Of a stretch of DNA of 64,000 bases, positions 1 to 8,401 are shown in pieces. A program made the translations under genes and the position numbers. Under the pieces are notes generated by a model that saw nothing but the letters and a program-made list of their open reading frames with translations, did no database searches and was not told the origin of the DNA. The DNA comes from Candidatus Omnitrophota bacterium (GTDB lineage Bacteria > Omnitrophota > Gorgyraeia > Aquiviventales > Aquiviventaceae), in contig JAHFGT010000005.1 in assembly GCA_023247275.1 (NCBI GenBank), forward strand, positions 124-64,123. Reading direction: 5' to 3'. The first letter of the stretch is position 1. The number at the start of each line of letters is the position of its first letter.

Positions 1-198
1 CTGCAGCATGGTCGAAAACCCGTACACCGCGTTGGTCGGGCGCCCATTCGAGGTGCTCAACACTCGAATCGCATAGAATGCGCGATAGCAGAACGCGGTG
101 CCGTCAATCAAGAATGCGCGTCGTGATCTTGAACCAGACCCGCGCTCCGCTGCCTGATCTGTGCGATGGCGGGCAGTGCCGTTACGATCCAGGCTCAT
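1..198 (-). CDS. polA: DNA polymerase I, N-terminal (5'-3' exonuclease) end; gene runs off the window start
   Basis: ATG at 198..196, then 66 in-frame codons to position 1: MSLDRNGTARHRTDQAAERGSGSRSRRAFLIDGTAFCYRAFYAIRVLSTSNGRPTNAVYGFSTMLQ. The LIDG..YRAFYA....G.PTNAVYGF pattern is the Pol I/FEN N-terminal signature. Absent from the ORF track because it has no stop in the window. Confidence 0.7.
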   Translation of the reverse strand, partial: MSLDRNGTARHRTDQAAERGSGSRSRRAFLIDGTAFCYRAFYAIRVLSTSNGRPTNAVYGFSTMLQ

Positions 199-346
199 TG
201 AATTGTCTTGGGGGAGAATGACGAGTGTTGACCGCACGCGTTGGGAAGAATGTCAAACGGGAGGTGAACCCGATGTTCTTGAAGAGATCCTGTTCGTTGA
301 GTGGTACCCTAACATCATTCGTTGAGGCCGTCAAGTCAAATTCGTC

Positions 347-832
347 TCAGCGTGAAGCGTCATGATCGGATGACAACGATTCGTCGTTCAGCGTCACCGC
401 TCCAGTGGCGGCACTCACCATCACCACGAACCGTTTTTGTTGTCCGGACAGCACGAGGCTGGCTGATCGGCCGGCCAACGAGCCAGTCGGTCGGAACACA
501 AAAGACGAGTCGTTAGCCGGTGTGCCGCCGATCTGGAGTTCTACGGTGATCGATGGCGGGATGCGGACCTGTTGCTCGAGCGGCTCGCCCTGTTCATCGA
601 ACACCCGTAAGAGCCCCTGCTCAAGATCCAGCGAGACGGTGCGGTCTTGGTGCGAGCCAATCGCAAGGCTGCGCGCCAACGACACCAGGCCCATGACTTC
701 GCGTGCCGTAGATTTGAGGCGGACATTCTGCGCGAATCGAGCGAAGGCAGGCACGGCCAGACCGACCACCAGGCCGATGATGCCCATGACGACCAGCAAT
801 TCAACCAGCGTAAATGCCCGAGATTTTACCAG
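347..832 (-). CDS. GspH/FimT-like pseudopilin (prepilin-type N-terminal domain)
   Basis: The ORF track starts at TTG 799 (MLVVMGIIGLVVGLAVPAF...). The in-frame upstream codons encode (L)VKSRAFTLVE, a class III signal peptide. The only possible start there is CTG 832..830, which overlaps the gspG stop (CTGGTAA). The body is GspH-like in size and in its hydrophobic N-helix. Confidence 0.6.
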   Translation of the reverse strand: MVKSRAFTLVELLVVMGIIGLVVGLAVPAFARFAQNVRLKSTAREVMGLVSLARSLAIGSHQDRTVSLDLEQGLLRVFDEQGEPLEQQVRIPPSITVELQIGGTPANDSSFVFRPTGSLAGRSASLVLSGQQKRFVVMVSAATGAVTLNDESLSSDHDASR

Positions 833-1296
833 TTGACGATGTCGTCGTTGGCACCGCTATCATCGGTGCCGTTCGGGCCATAGGAATACAGGTCATACGA
901 TTTCTTGCGATGCTCTGGTGCGCCGCCATTCACCGAGATGTAGACGTAGGGATGCCCCCAGGGATCTAACAGCTCATCTTCGCTGAGTTCGTCTTGCTTA
1001 AACTCCATATACGGGCCATTCCAATGCACATCCTCAGGGTCATCCTGCAAGGCGGCAACGAGGGTGGCCGTGCCAGTCGCCGGGTATTCTCCCATGTCGC
1101 CTTCATAGTTGGCGATCGCAGTCTCGAGCGCGCTGATGGTCGCTTTCGCCTTGGTCACCGCGGCCCGGCGGCGGGCCGCTTGGGCTCCGGCCATGACCAG
1201 GCTCATGAGAATGCCAAGAATGGCGATGACCACCAACAATTCCACAAGGGTAAACGCCCGCAGCCTCTTCCAACAGGTTGTTCTGCTACACATCAT
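826..1296 (-). CDS. gspG: Type II secretion major pseudopilin GspG
   Basis: KRLRAFTLVELLVVIAILGIL prepilin leader and helix. C-terminal GspG signature: DPWGHPYVYI....YDLYSYGPNGTDDSGANDDIVNW. Confidence 0.85.
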   Translation of the reverse strand: MMCSRTTCWKRLRAFTLVELLVVIAILGILMSLVMAGAQAARRRAAVTKAKATISALETAIANYEGDMGEYPATGTATLVAALQDDPEDVHWNGPYMEFKQDELSEDELLDPWGHPYVYISVNGGAPEHRKKSYDLYSYGPNGTDDSGANDDIVNW

Positions 1297-2590
1297 CTTG
1301 GGTCTCCCGAACCATTTCCTCTACGGTGGTGAGCCCAGCCAGCACCTTGGCAATGCCATCTTCGCGCAGTGTCAGCATGCCCTCGGCCCGTGCGGTGGCA
1401 CGGATCTCACTCATTCCAGCTCCCCCGACGATGAGCAGTCGCAACGGATCCGACATGACCAGCAGTTCATAGAGCCCGCACCGGCCCCGGTAGCCGATTC
1501 CATTGCACACCTCACAGCCGACCGCTCGCATGAGTGGCTGCTGGACCGCGTCCGCCGTCAGCCGAAGCGCGGCCAGATCATCTGGGGTGGCCTCGTACGA
1601 GGATCGACACTGCGTGCAGAGCGATCGCACCAGTCGCTGAGCTAACACGCCTGTGACGGTTGACGTGATGAGAAATGATTCGATTCCCATGTCCAGCATT
1701 CGTGTGACAGCTCCTGGGGCGTCATTGGTGTGCAGCGTCGAAAAGACGCTGTGGCCGGTCAGCGCGGCTTGGATGGCGATTTGAGCGGTCGGTTGATCCC
1801 GGATTTCGCCGACCATGATGATATCCGGATCATGCCGGAGGATGGCCCGCAGACACATCGAGAAGTCCAGTTCAATCTTCGGATTGACCGTGACCTGCAC
1901 CAGGCCGGGAAGATCATACTCGACCGGATCCTCTGTCGTGATGATTTTTACCTCAGGGGTATTGAGCTGCGATAGGCAGGCGTACAGCGTCGTGGTTTTT
2001 CCCGCGCCGGTTGGTCCAGTCACGAGCAACAAACCATGCGGCAGTTTGATGAGCCGCTCAATAGCCTGCTGCATCGGTGGGGTCATCCCCAACTGCCCGA
2101 GCGTCTTTTCCAGCGCCCCTTTGTCCAGCACCCGCAGCACAATGCTTTCGCCGTACATGGTCGGCAGGGTTGAGACGCGCAGGTCGATTTGTCGGGTGTG
2201 GAGGGTCAACAGGATCCGGCCGTCCTGCGGCAACCGGAGCTCGGCGACGTCTAAGTTGGAGAGCACCTTAATACGCGAGGCGATCGCCAATGCCAGGCTC
2301 TTGGGCGGTTGGGCCACTTGATAGCACCGGCCGTCAATGCGGTAACGAATCATGACCTGACGCTCGAAGGCTTCAATATGAATATCCGAGGCGCGCCGGG
2401 CCACGGCTTCCATGAGCATGACGTCGACCAACCGAACCACCGGCGCGGCACTGGCCAGCTCGACGAGGCTGGAGGAATCTTTTGCTCCCTCACCGATGGC
2501 AGATTGTCCAGCTTGGGCGAACGCCTCTGCCAACGCTTGAACATTCAACTGCGCGTCACTCATTTCTTCATGATCCGTCTGTGCTGGCAA
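1286..2590 (-). CDS. GspE/PilB-family secretion ATPase, short form without N-terminal regulatory domain
   Basis: Walker [11 protein letters not shown], the RLPQDGR motif, [14 protein letters not shown], and a tetracysteine CTQC...[19 protein letters not shown]. Track start is TTG 2590. An ATG at 2563 (MSDAQLNV), 5 nt after the upstream stop, is an alternative start. Confidence 0.85.
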   Translation of the reverse strand: MPAQTDHEEMSDAQLNVQALAEAFAQAGQSAIGEGAKDSSSLVELASAAPVVRLVDVMLMEAVARRASDIHIEAFERQVMIRYRIDGRCYQVAQPPKSLALAIASRIKVLSNLDVAELRLPQDGRILLTLHTRQIDLRVSTLPTMYGESIVLRVLDKGALEKTLGQLGMTPPMQQAIERLIKLPHGLLLVTGPTGAGKTTTLYACLSQLNTPEVKIITTEDPVEYDLPGLVQVTVNPKIELDFSMCLRAILRHDPDIIMVGEIRDQPTAQIAIQAALTGHSVFSTLHTNDAPGAVTRMLDMGIESFLITSTVTGVLAQRLVRSLCTQCRSSYEATPDDLAALRLTADAVQQPLMRAVGCEVCNGIGYRGRCGLYELLVMSDPLRLLIVGGAGMSEIRATARAEGMLTLREDGIAKVLAGLTTVEEMVRETQDDV

Positions 2591-4394
2591 CGACCCGGAG
2601 CACTTCAGTCATCGTCGTCAGGCCTTCGCGAATCTTTGCGCAGCCGTCTTGACGCAGGCCGCGCATGCCAGCCTGCGTCGCGGTCGTTCGGATCACCGAT
2701 GCGGCCGGCTTGCTCAGAATCAGCTGGTGGATCGCCGGACTCATGACCAACAGCTCAAATAACCCCACCCGTCCAAAATACCCGGACCGATGGCATTTGT
2801 CACAGCCAGTGCTCCGAATCAGTTGTTGGGCGTCTGGAGGTCCCAAAAATTGGCGCTCCTCATTGGTGGCATGGTCGGTCATTCGACACCCTGGGCAGAT
2901 TCGGCGTACCAGTCGTTGGGCCAACACCCCTTGCAAGGTGGACGCCACAAGAAACGCTGGGATCCCCATATCAATGAGCCGGGTGATCGCCGACGGCGCA
3001 TCGTTGGTGTGCAACGTCGACAAGACCAGATGTCCGGTCAACGCGGCTTGGATGGCGATCTGGGCGGTTTCCCGATCTCGGATTTCACCCACCATAATGA
3101 CATCCGGCGCCTGGCGCAGCATGGCCCGTAAGCCAGCCGCAAACGTCAGGCCGATGGTCGCCTTGACCGACACTTGGTTCACCCCGGCCAATTGGTACTC
3201 GACCGGATCTTCTACCGTGATCAGCTTGCGGTCTGGTTGGTTGAGCATCGCCATGGCGCCATATAAGGTGGTGGTTTTCCCTGATCCGGTTGGGCCGGTG
3301 ACCAACACCATCCCATGGGGCCGCTCGATGAGCGATTCCCAGGTGCGCTGGTCCTCCGGGAGCAGGCCCATTTCTTGGAGGCCTCGAATCGGTTGACTGC
3401 GATCCAACAGCCGCATGACAATCGACTCGCCATGCGTGGATGGCAGAATCGAAATGCGCACGTCCAGCGGCCGGTGCTCGACAACGAGCTGCAGTCGTCC
3501 ATCTTGCGGCAACCGTTTTTCCGCAATATTCAGGTTTCCCATGATCTTAATCCTGCTGATGATCGGGCCTTGGAGCGCCTTGGGGGGCGTGTTGACATCA
3601 TGCAACACGCCGTCAATTCGATAGCGCACGCGCACCTGATCGGTGGCCGATTCAATATGAACATCGCTGGCTCGCATGCGGACGGCTTCGGACAGCATCG
3701 AGTTCACCAGCTGAATGATAGGTTCATCGCCGTTGGTCGCCGCGGAGCTGGTCCCCGCTGGTGTGGATGAACGCGGTGATGAACCGCCCCGGAGTGGCGC
3801 GGGTGCAGAAGCTGGCGGCGGGACTCGGCTTTCTCGTGGAGGCGCGACCTGGCTCATCGGCGGCGCTGGCATCGCTGGGTGGATCGATGGTGCCGGAGCT
3901 GGCGCTGAAGGCGAGACGCTCGGCCGGCTTGGCGCCACAGGACCGGACGATGCTCCAGCTGCAGGGCGGTCTAACTGCGTTAGCAACGGGGCAAGATCTT
4001 GTTCGCGGATTAGGACCCCGTCCAACGGCCGACCACATTGACCGCCCAGGAACTCCAGCGCAAAGACGGACAACGGATCATCGGTGGCCACCAACAACCG
4101 GTCGCCAGTGTCTTGGATCGGCACGACATGATGCACGTGCCATAACGCGAGCGTGGGCGCTGCGGGAAGGCTCGCCGTGGCTGCGGGGTCGAGCCGCTGC
4201 GGGATGGAGCCAAGTTGTGCGGCGAGTCGTTTCGCCACATCCGGATCCCGGAGCACACCTTGGCGGACTAAGATCTGGCTAAATCGCTCCTGCGAATGCG
4301 GCAATTCTTGCTTGGCCAATTCAATCTGCTGCGGATTGGCAATGCCCAAGTCGCGCAGCCGGGCCGCGACGACTTCAGGACGCAGCAAGATCAT
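2568..4394 (-). CDS. GspE/PilB-family secretion ATPase, long form with degenerate MshEN-like N-domain and ~90-aa Pro/Ala/Ser-rich linker
   Basis: [31 protein letters not shown], and CPGC...[20 protein letters not shown] set the start at ATG 4394 (MILLRPEVV) because it forms an ATGA overlap with the stop of the upstream 106-aa ORF. The track ORF extends to 4598. Confidence 0.8.
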   Translation of the reverse strand: MILLRPEVVAARLRDLGIANPQQIELAKQELPHSQERFSQILVRQGVLRDPDVAKRLAAQLGSIPQRLDPAATASLPAAPTLALWHVHHVVPIQDTGDRLLVATDDPLSVFALEFLGGQCGRPLDGVLIREQDLAPLLTQLDRPAAGASSGPVAPSRPSVSPSAPAPAPSIHPAMPAPPMSQVAPPRESRVPPPASAPAPLRGGSSPRSSTPAGTSSAATNGDEPIIQLVNSMLSEAVRMRASDVHIESATDQVRVRYRIDGVLHDVNTPPKALQGPIISRIKIMGNLNIAEKRLPQDGRLQLVVEHRPLDVRISILPSTHGESIVMRLLDRSQPIRGLQEMGLLPEDQRTWESLIERPHGMVLVTGPTGSGKTTTLYGAMAMLNQPDRKLITVEDPVEYQLAGVNQVSVKATIGLTFAAGLRAMLRQAPDVIMVGEIRDRETAQIAIQAALTGHLVLSTLHTNDAPSAITRLIDMGIPAFLVASTLQGVLAQRLVRRICPGCRMTDHATNEERQFLGPPDAQQLIRSTGCDKCHRSGYFGRVGLFELLVMSPAIHQLILSKPAASVIRTTATQAGMRGLRQDGCAKIREGLTTMTEVLRVVASTDGS

Positions 4395-4711
4395 GAGATG
4401 CTTGCGGTCACATAGATGTATCGCGCGGACATGGCCGATCGGTTCACCACCCGATGCCAGGTGTGTGAGGGAAGAAAGGTGGTGCGGCCGGCCGACAGCC
4501 GCACCTGCCGGACCCGTTGACCGGCCCGACGGATTTCCACGTCCAGCCGGCCCTGACACCCGATCAGCAGCTCTTCTCGCGTCAACGTGGAATGCCACGC
4601 CATGATTCCGGCCGGCGGCAATTGCACGGCTCGAGCGCGGAGCGCACGCGCCGTCGATGGCACCAGCCGTCCGGGTTTGCGGATCGATCCGATTCGGATC
4701 CGTCGGATCAT
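4391..4711 (-). CDS. Small cupin-fold protein (106 aa)
   Basis: ATGA overlaps at both ends (4708..4711 with larB, 4391..4394 with the ATPase) argue that it is translated. [23 protein letters not shown]...[23 protein letters not shown]...RYIYV fits the two-motif cupin pattern (H.H..E..G ... G....P....H..N). Confidence 0.5.
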   Translation of the reverse strand: MIRRIRIGSIRKPGRLVPSTARALRARAVQLPPAGIMAWHSTLTREELLIGCQGRLDVEIRRAGQRVRQVRLSAGRTTFLPSHTWHRVVNRSAMSARYIYVTASIS

Positions 4712-5472
4712 GAGCGGCGGCTTGACGACGCGTTGATCAGGTGAGCCAGATATGCTGCGCCGAACCCGTTATCGATATTGACGACGCCAATGCCCGGAAC
4801 ACAGCTATTCATCATCGTTAGAAGCGGCGCGATCCCTTGAAAGCTGGCGCCATATCCGACGCTCGTGGGGACCGCAATGACCGGGCAACGGACCAACCCT
4901 GCCACCACGCTGGGTAAGGCGCCTTCCATTCCAGCCATCACAATAATGACGCGCGCCCGTTGCAGCAAGGACCAGGAGCTCAACAAGCGATGCAGGCCAG
5001 CGACGCCCACATCATAGAGCCGAGCCGAACGGCTTCCGAATAACCGCAAGGCGACCAGCGCCTCTTCAGCCACCGGGACGTCTGACGTGCCGCCAGTGAC
5101 CACGGTCACCAATCCACGAGGTCGGGTTGCCACGAGCCTGTGGTGGTAGGCAATGCGTGCTACCGGCTCATAGTGCAGGGCTGGAAGGGCACGGCGCACG
5201 GCGTCGTAGATCGATGGGTCAAGCCGAGTGAGGATGACTGGGTCGCGATGGCGGGCAAGCCGCCGCACGATAGCGATCAACTGTTGTGGGGTCTTGCCGC
5301 TGGCAAAGATGATCTCCGGTAACCCGCGTCGCAGCGTCCGATGCGAGTCGAGTCGAGCAAATCCGAGATTCTCGAACGGCAACCGACGGAGCGCCTCGAC
5401 CAGCGCCTCGGTCGTGCGGCGGCCTTGACGAACCTGCGTGATCCACCGACGGAGCGCCTGCTCGCTGAGCAT
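4708..5472 (-). CDS. larB: LarB-type PurE-like protein (pyridinium-3,5-biscarboxylic acid mononucleotide synthase family, COG1691)
   Basis: C-terminal AIR-carboxylase-like half: [15 protein letters not shown]...[19 protein letters not shown]...[42 protein letters not shown]. Confidence 0.75.
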   Translation of the reverse strand: MLSEQALRRWITQVRQGRRTTEALVEALRRLPFENLGFARLDSHRTLRRGLPEIIFASGKTPQQLIAIVRRLARHRDPVILTRLDPSIYDAVRRALPALHYEPVARIAYHHRLVATRPRGLVTVVTGGTSDVPVAEEALVALRLFGSRSARLYDVGVAGLHRLLSSWSLLQRARVIIVMAGMEGALPSVVAGLVRCPVIAVPTSVGYGASFQGIAPLLTMMNSCVPGIGVVNIDNGFGAAYLAHLINASSSRRS

Positions 5473-5517
5473 GAGATCAAGCTGTTCGATCCTGACTGAT
5501 GGTCTTGGGCAATGCGG

Positions 5518-5829
5518 TTAGCCTGATGCGATGAGGTAGACCACCAAGAGCGCTAGCAGCATGGCTGAGACGATATAGAAGTCGTTAAAGTACAAAAAAT
5601 CACGCACCGGGACAAGCGAAAGTAACTTCTTCGGCCGGGATGGCTGTGGCACTGCGGAACGGACCCGCAACTTCCCCTTCAGTTGTTGGACTTGCTCAGG
5701 CCTGAACCGAAGAAACTGTCCTCCAAGCTTGTAGCCGGTTAGCTCCCCTTGCTGGACCAACCGCTGCACCTCACCGTCCGGGATCCCTAAGCACTTCGCG
5801 ACTTCACTGGTTGTCCAAAGTTTCTCCAT
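5518..5829 (-). CDS. Excisionase-type HTH domain protein with C-terminal transmembrane anchor
   Basis: N-terminus WTTSEVAKCLGIPDGEVQRLVQQGELTGYKLGGQFLRFRPEQVQQL (HTH_17-like). C-terminus DFYIVSAMLLALLVVYLIASG is a hydrophobic helix. Confidence 0.6.
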   Translation of the reverse strand: MEKLWTTSEVAKCLGIPDGEVQRLVQQGELTGYKLGGQFLRFRPEQVQQLKGKLRVRSAVPQPSRPKKLLSLVPVRDFLYFNDFYIVSAMLLALLVVYLIASG

Positions 5830-5850
5830 GGTTCGTGCAATACTACTCGT

Positions 5851-5925
5851 GTTCAGAATTCAGATGTCAGAAAACAGACGTTTCGTGTTTTTTTGACTTC
5901 TGCTCTCTGCTCTCTGCTCTCTGAC
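5851..5925. repeat. Inverted arrays of a CAGA-type heptamer (imperfect long hairpin) in the bactofilin/HTH intergenic spacer
   Basis: Left arm 5851..5880: gTTCAGAA TTCAGAT GTCAGAA AACAGAC g. Right arm 5895..5925: gacttct gctctct gctctct gctctct gac, the reverse complement of AGCAGAG x3 + AGCAGAA. The arms are separated by a T-rich 14-nt loop. Confidence 0.45.
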
Positions 5926-5947
5926 CGCCTCGTCTCTCCTCTTTGAT

Positions 5948-6478
5948 TTACTTCACCTTTTCATGCGCGAGCCACTCTTCAATTTTCGACCGGTCAAACC
6001 GCCAATCGTCGCCATCCCGTTGTCCAGGCAACCGGCCGTTCTGCGCCCACTGGGACACGGTACCGGCATCGACCTCCAAATATCGGGCCAGCTCATCAAT
6101 CGTCATCAGCTTGCCATCGGTGCGTGCTCCGAGCATCTCGAGCGTTCCCTGCAAGATTGCGCCATCCTGCATTGCCATCCGGGGTGTGGTAATCTTCCCG
6201 GTGACGCGAGCCGTTGACAGCAGTTCGACTCGGCTACTCGCGGTGAGCGTCCCGTTGACGGTGCCGCCAATGGTGATGGACTCCCCCTGAATGGTCGCTT
6301 TCACACTGGCCTTCTCGCCAATGGCCAGATTGCCCTTGGTATTCAACGTGCCCTCGAACTGCCCGTTGATCTGCAGGTTGACCGGATCTTTGAACGTCAT
6401 CGTGCCGGTCATGCTGGCATCGACCTCCAGCCACCTCTCCGCGCCAGTCTCTTCTTGCCGGTCCCGTCGAAGCGCCAT
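5948..6478 (-). CDS. Bactofilin domain fused to a C-terminal excisionase-type HTH
   Basis: Bactofilin beta-helix repeats: FKDPVNLQINGQFEGTLNTKGNLAIGEKASVKATIQGESITIGGTVNGTLTASSRVELLSTARVTGKITTPRMAMQDGAILQG. These are followed by MTIDELARYLEVDAGTVSQWAQNGRLPGQRDGDDWRFDRSKIEEWL. Confidence 0.7.
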   Translation of the reverse strand: MALRRDRQEETGAERWLEVDASMTGTMTFKDPVNLQINGQFEGTLNTKGNLAIGEKASVKATIQGESITIGGTVNGTLTASSRVELLSTARVTGKITTPRMAMQDGAILQGTLEMLGARTDGKLMTIDELARYLEVDAGTVSQWAQNGRLPGQRDGDDWRFDRSKIEEWLAHEKVK

Positions 6479-6520
6479 CGCTCCCTCCCTCGTTCTCGTC
6501 CTTCACGGTCAGCGGCGGCC

Positions 6521-7174
6521 TTAGGCCCAGTGCGCCGCGGTGACCCGCTCCAATCGCGTGAGCTCGCGGAGGATGTCCTCCCGAGGCTCGTCCGATAATA
6601 GTTTGACTTGTAGTTCCAACCGCACGTCGCCGCGGCCAGATTCCTTGATTTCCAGATCGCGAATCTCGACATCATACTCAGCTAACAGTCCACGGATCCG
6701 GGCCAAATCGTGCGCAGATCCAGCCGTGTCAATGAGCAGCATCTGGTACTGCTCTTTGCGCATCGCGCGTTCCAGGCGAGAGAGGCCGAACAGCACCACG
6801 CCGACAATCACCCCAGCCGCGACCGCCCCGGAAAGAAATCCAGCTCCCATCGCCAGCCCAATGCCCGCCACCGCCCAGAGGCTTGCCGCGGTCGTCAACC
6901 CGCGAATGGAAGCTCGTGATCTGAGGATGGTGCCAGCGCCGAGAAAGCCAATGCCGCTGATGACCTGCGCCGCCATGCGGGTCGGATCAAAGTCTGCGCC
7001 GGTGAGACTCAGCCGCAGATACAGCCCTGTCAACATGATCAGACAGGAGCCGACGCCAACCAGGATATGGGTTCGAAATCCGGCGGCGCGGCCGTGCCGC
7101 TCCCGCTCATAGCCAATGGCGCCGGCAATCGCCGCACTGAGCAAGAGCCGTTGCAGCACCAGCAGGTCGCTCAT
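6521..7174 (-). CDS. MgtC/SapB family membrane protein
   Basis: LLLSAAIAGAIGYERERHGRAAGFRTHILVGVGSCLIM is the MgtC N-terminal signature. A C-terminal soluble domain follows. The start is set at ATG 7174 (MSDLLVLQ); the track ORF extends to 7216. Confidence 0.75.
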   Translation of the reverse strand: MSDLLVLQRLLLSAAIAGAIGYERERHGRAAGFRTHILVGVGSCLIMLTGLYLRLSLTGADFDPTRMAAQVISGIGFLGAGTILRSRASIRGLTTAASLWAVAGIGLAMGAGFLSGAVAAGVIVGVVLFGLSRLERAMRKEQYQMLLIDTAGSAHDLARIRGLLAEYDVEIRDLEIKESGRGDVRLELQVKLLSDEPREDILRELTRLERVTAAHWA

Positions 7175-7301
7175 CCCACCCCCTGTGGCTGCCACGCCGA
7201 AGGCGCGGCACTGCAACGACTCCGCTGACGATCGCTCGTGACAATCTTCCCTTCAATGCCTTCAGGCGCAGGGCTGTTGTTGGCAGCCGCCGCAGATGGG
7301 A

Positions 7302-8384
7302 TCATGCCGCGACCCCGAGACATTGGTTCGGGGCTGTGGCAATCGACAGCGGCGCTGTGAGGCCTTGCTGCAGCAGCGAACAGGCCAACCCAGCAATCAT
7401 CGCTCCATTGTCGACACACAAAGCTGGCGGAGGGAAGACAACATCCAACTTGTGGGGAGCCGCCAGTTCAGCGAATCGACTCCGGAGTCGCCGATTTGAC
7501 GCGACCCCGCCACCAACGACAATTCGGCGCAATCCGGTGCGTTGGCATGCCCGCAACGTTTTGGTGACCAGCGCCTCGACGGCGGTTTCTTGGAAACTGG
7601 CCGCGATGTTGGCGATCTGCTCAGGTTCGAGGCTGGGTGGCGGCAGCGGGTGTGATGCGTTGGCAGATTCCGTGGCACGCTGCGGCGGCGCAGCCTTCAA
7701 GGTCCGAGTCACGTACGTATACACGGCGGTCTTAAGCCCGCTGAAACTGAAATCGAATGTGCCTTTGGTATGCGCGCGAGGAAACGAAATGCTCTTCGGA
7801 TTTCCCTCAACCGACAACCGGTCGATAATTGGCCCGCCTGGATAACCCAGCCCGAGCAGTTTGGCGACCTTATCAAACGCCTCGCCGACCGCGTCGTCTT
7901 TGGTGTCGCCGAGCCGTTCATAGCGGTTGTCGCTGTGCACAATGCACAGCAAGGTGTGCCCGCCAGAAACCACCAGTCCCACGTACGGCGGCTCAAGGGT
8001 TGCCTCGGTCATCTCGCCGGCATACAAATGGGCGGCTAGATGATCGACCGGGACCAAGGGTCGCTCTAATGACAGCGCCAATCCCTTGGCAAACGCCATG
8101 CCGATCAACAGGGCGCCGGGTAATCCTGGGCCCTGCGTCACCGCAATCGCATCAATCGAGTCAAGCGTCTGTTCGGCCTCGGTCAGGGCTTGGGCCAAAA
8201 CCATCCAGACCGCTTCAACATGGGCGCGGGCTGCGATGTCTGGGATCACCCCGCCATAGGGGGCATGCAACGTTAGGCTCGACGCAACGGTGTTGCTGCG
8301 GACAATCCGGCCATCCTCGACGATCCCGATCGCCGTCTCGTCACACGAGGTTTCGATCCCCAGCACTCGAATCACCATCCGCAA
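7302..8384 (-). CDS. tsaD: tRNA N6-adenosine threonylcarbamoyltransferase
   Basis: VLGIETSCDETAIGIV, VSGGHTLL and GYPGGPIIDRL are Kae1/TsaD motifs. Confidence 0.9.
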   Translation of the reverse strand: MRMVIRVLGIETSCDETAIGIVEDGRIVRSNTVASSLTLHAPYGGVIPDIAARAHVEAVWMVLAQALTEAEQTLDSIDAIAVTQGPGLPGALLIGMAFAKGLALSLERPLVPVDHLAAHLYAGEMTEATLEPPYVGLVVSGGHTLLCIVHSDNRYERLGDTKDDAVGEAFDKVAKLLGLGYPGGPIIDRLSVEGNPKSISFPRAHTKGTFDFSFSGLKTAVYTYVTRTLKAAPPQRATESANASHPLPPPSLEPEQIANIAASFQETAVEALVTKTLRACQRTGLRRIVVGGGVASNRRLRSRFAELAAPHKLDVVFPPPALCVDNGAMIAGLACSLLQQGLTAPLSIATAPNQCLGVAA

Positions 8385-8401
8385 CCCCCGATGGCTGAAT
8401 C

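Noticed and set aside
1-6. The window starts with CTGCAG (a PstI site), hinting at a cloned restriction fragment boundary.
   Set aside because: A single 6-mer at an arbitrary window edge is expected by chance. polA simply continues beyond the edge. No vector sequence is present.
4391-4711. The 106-aa ORF as a PilZ (c-di-GMP receptor) domain, given its position next to a pilus-type ATPase and an RRIRIG...SAG pattern.
   Set aside because: The RxxxR and D/NxSxxG motifs do not align properly (RLSAGR has the Gly one position off and no D/N). The two-motif cupin pattern fits much better. I kept it as a cupin with moderate confidence.
5851-5925. Possible CRISPR array or coding tandem repeat, suggested by the short repeated units here and at 59021..59144.
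   Set aside because: The units are contiguous 7-mers with no spacers. They are arranged as inverted arrays, and no cas genes are present. This is not CRISPR. The 7-nt period also excludes a coding amino-acid repeat as their origin.
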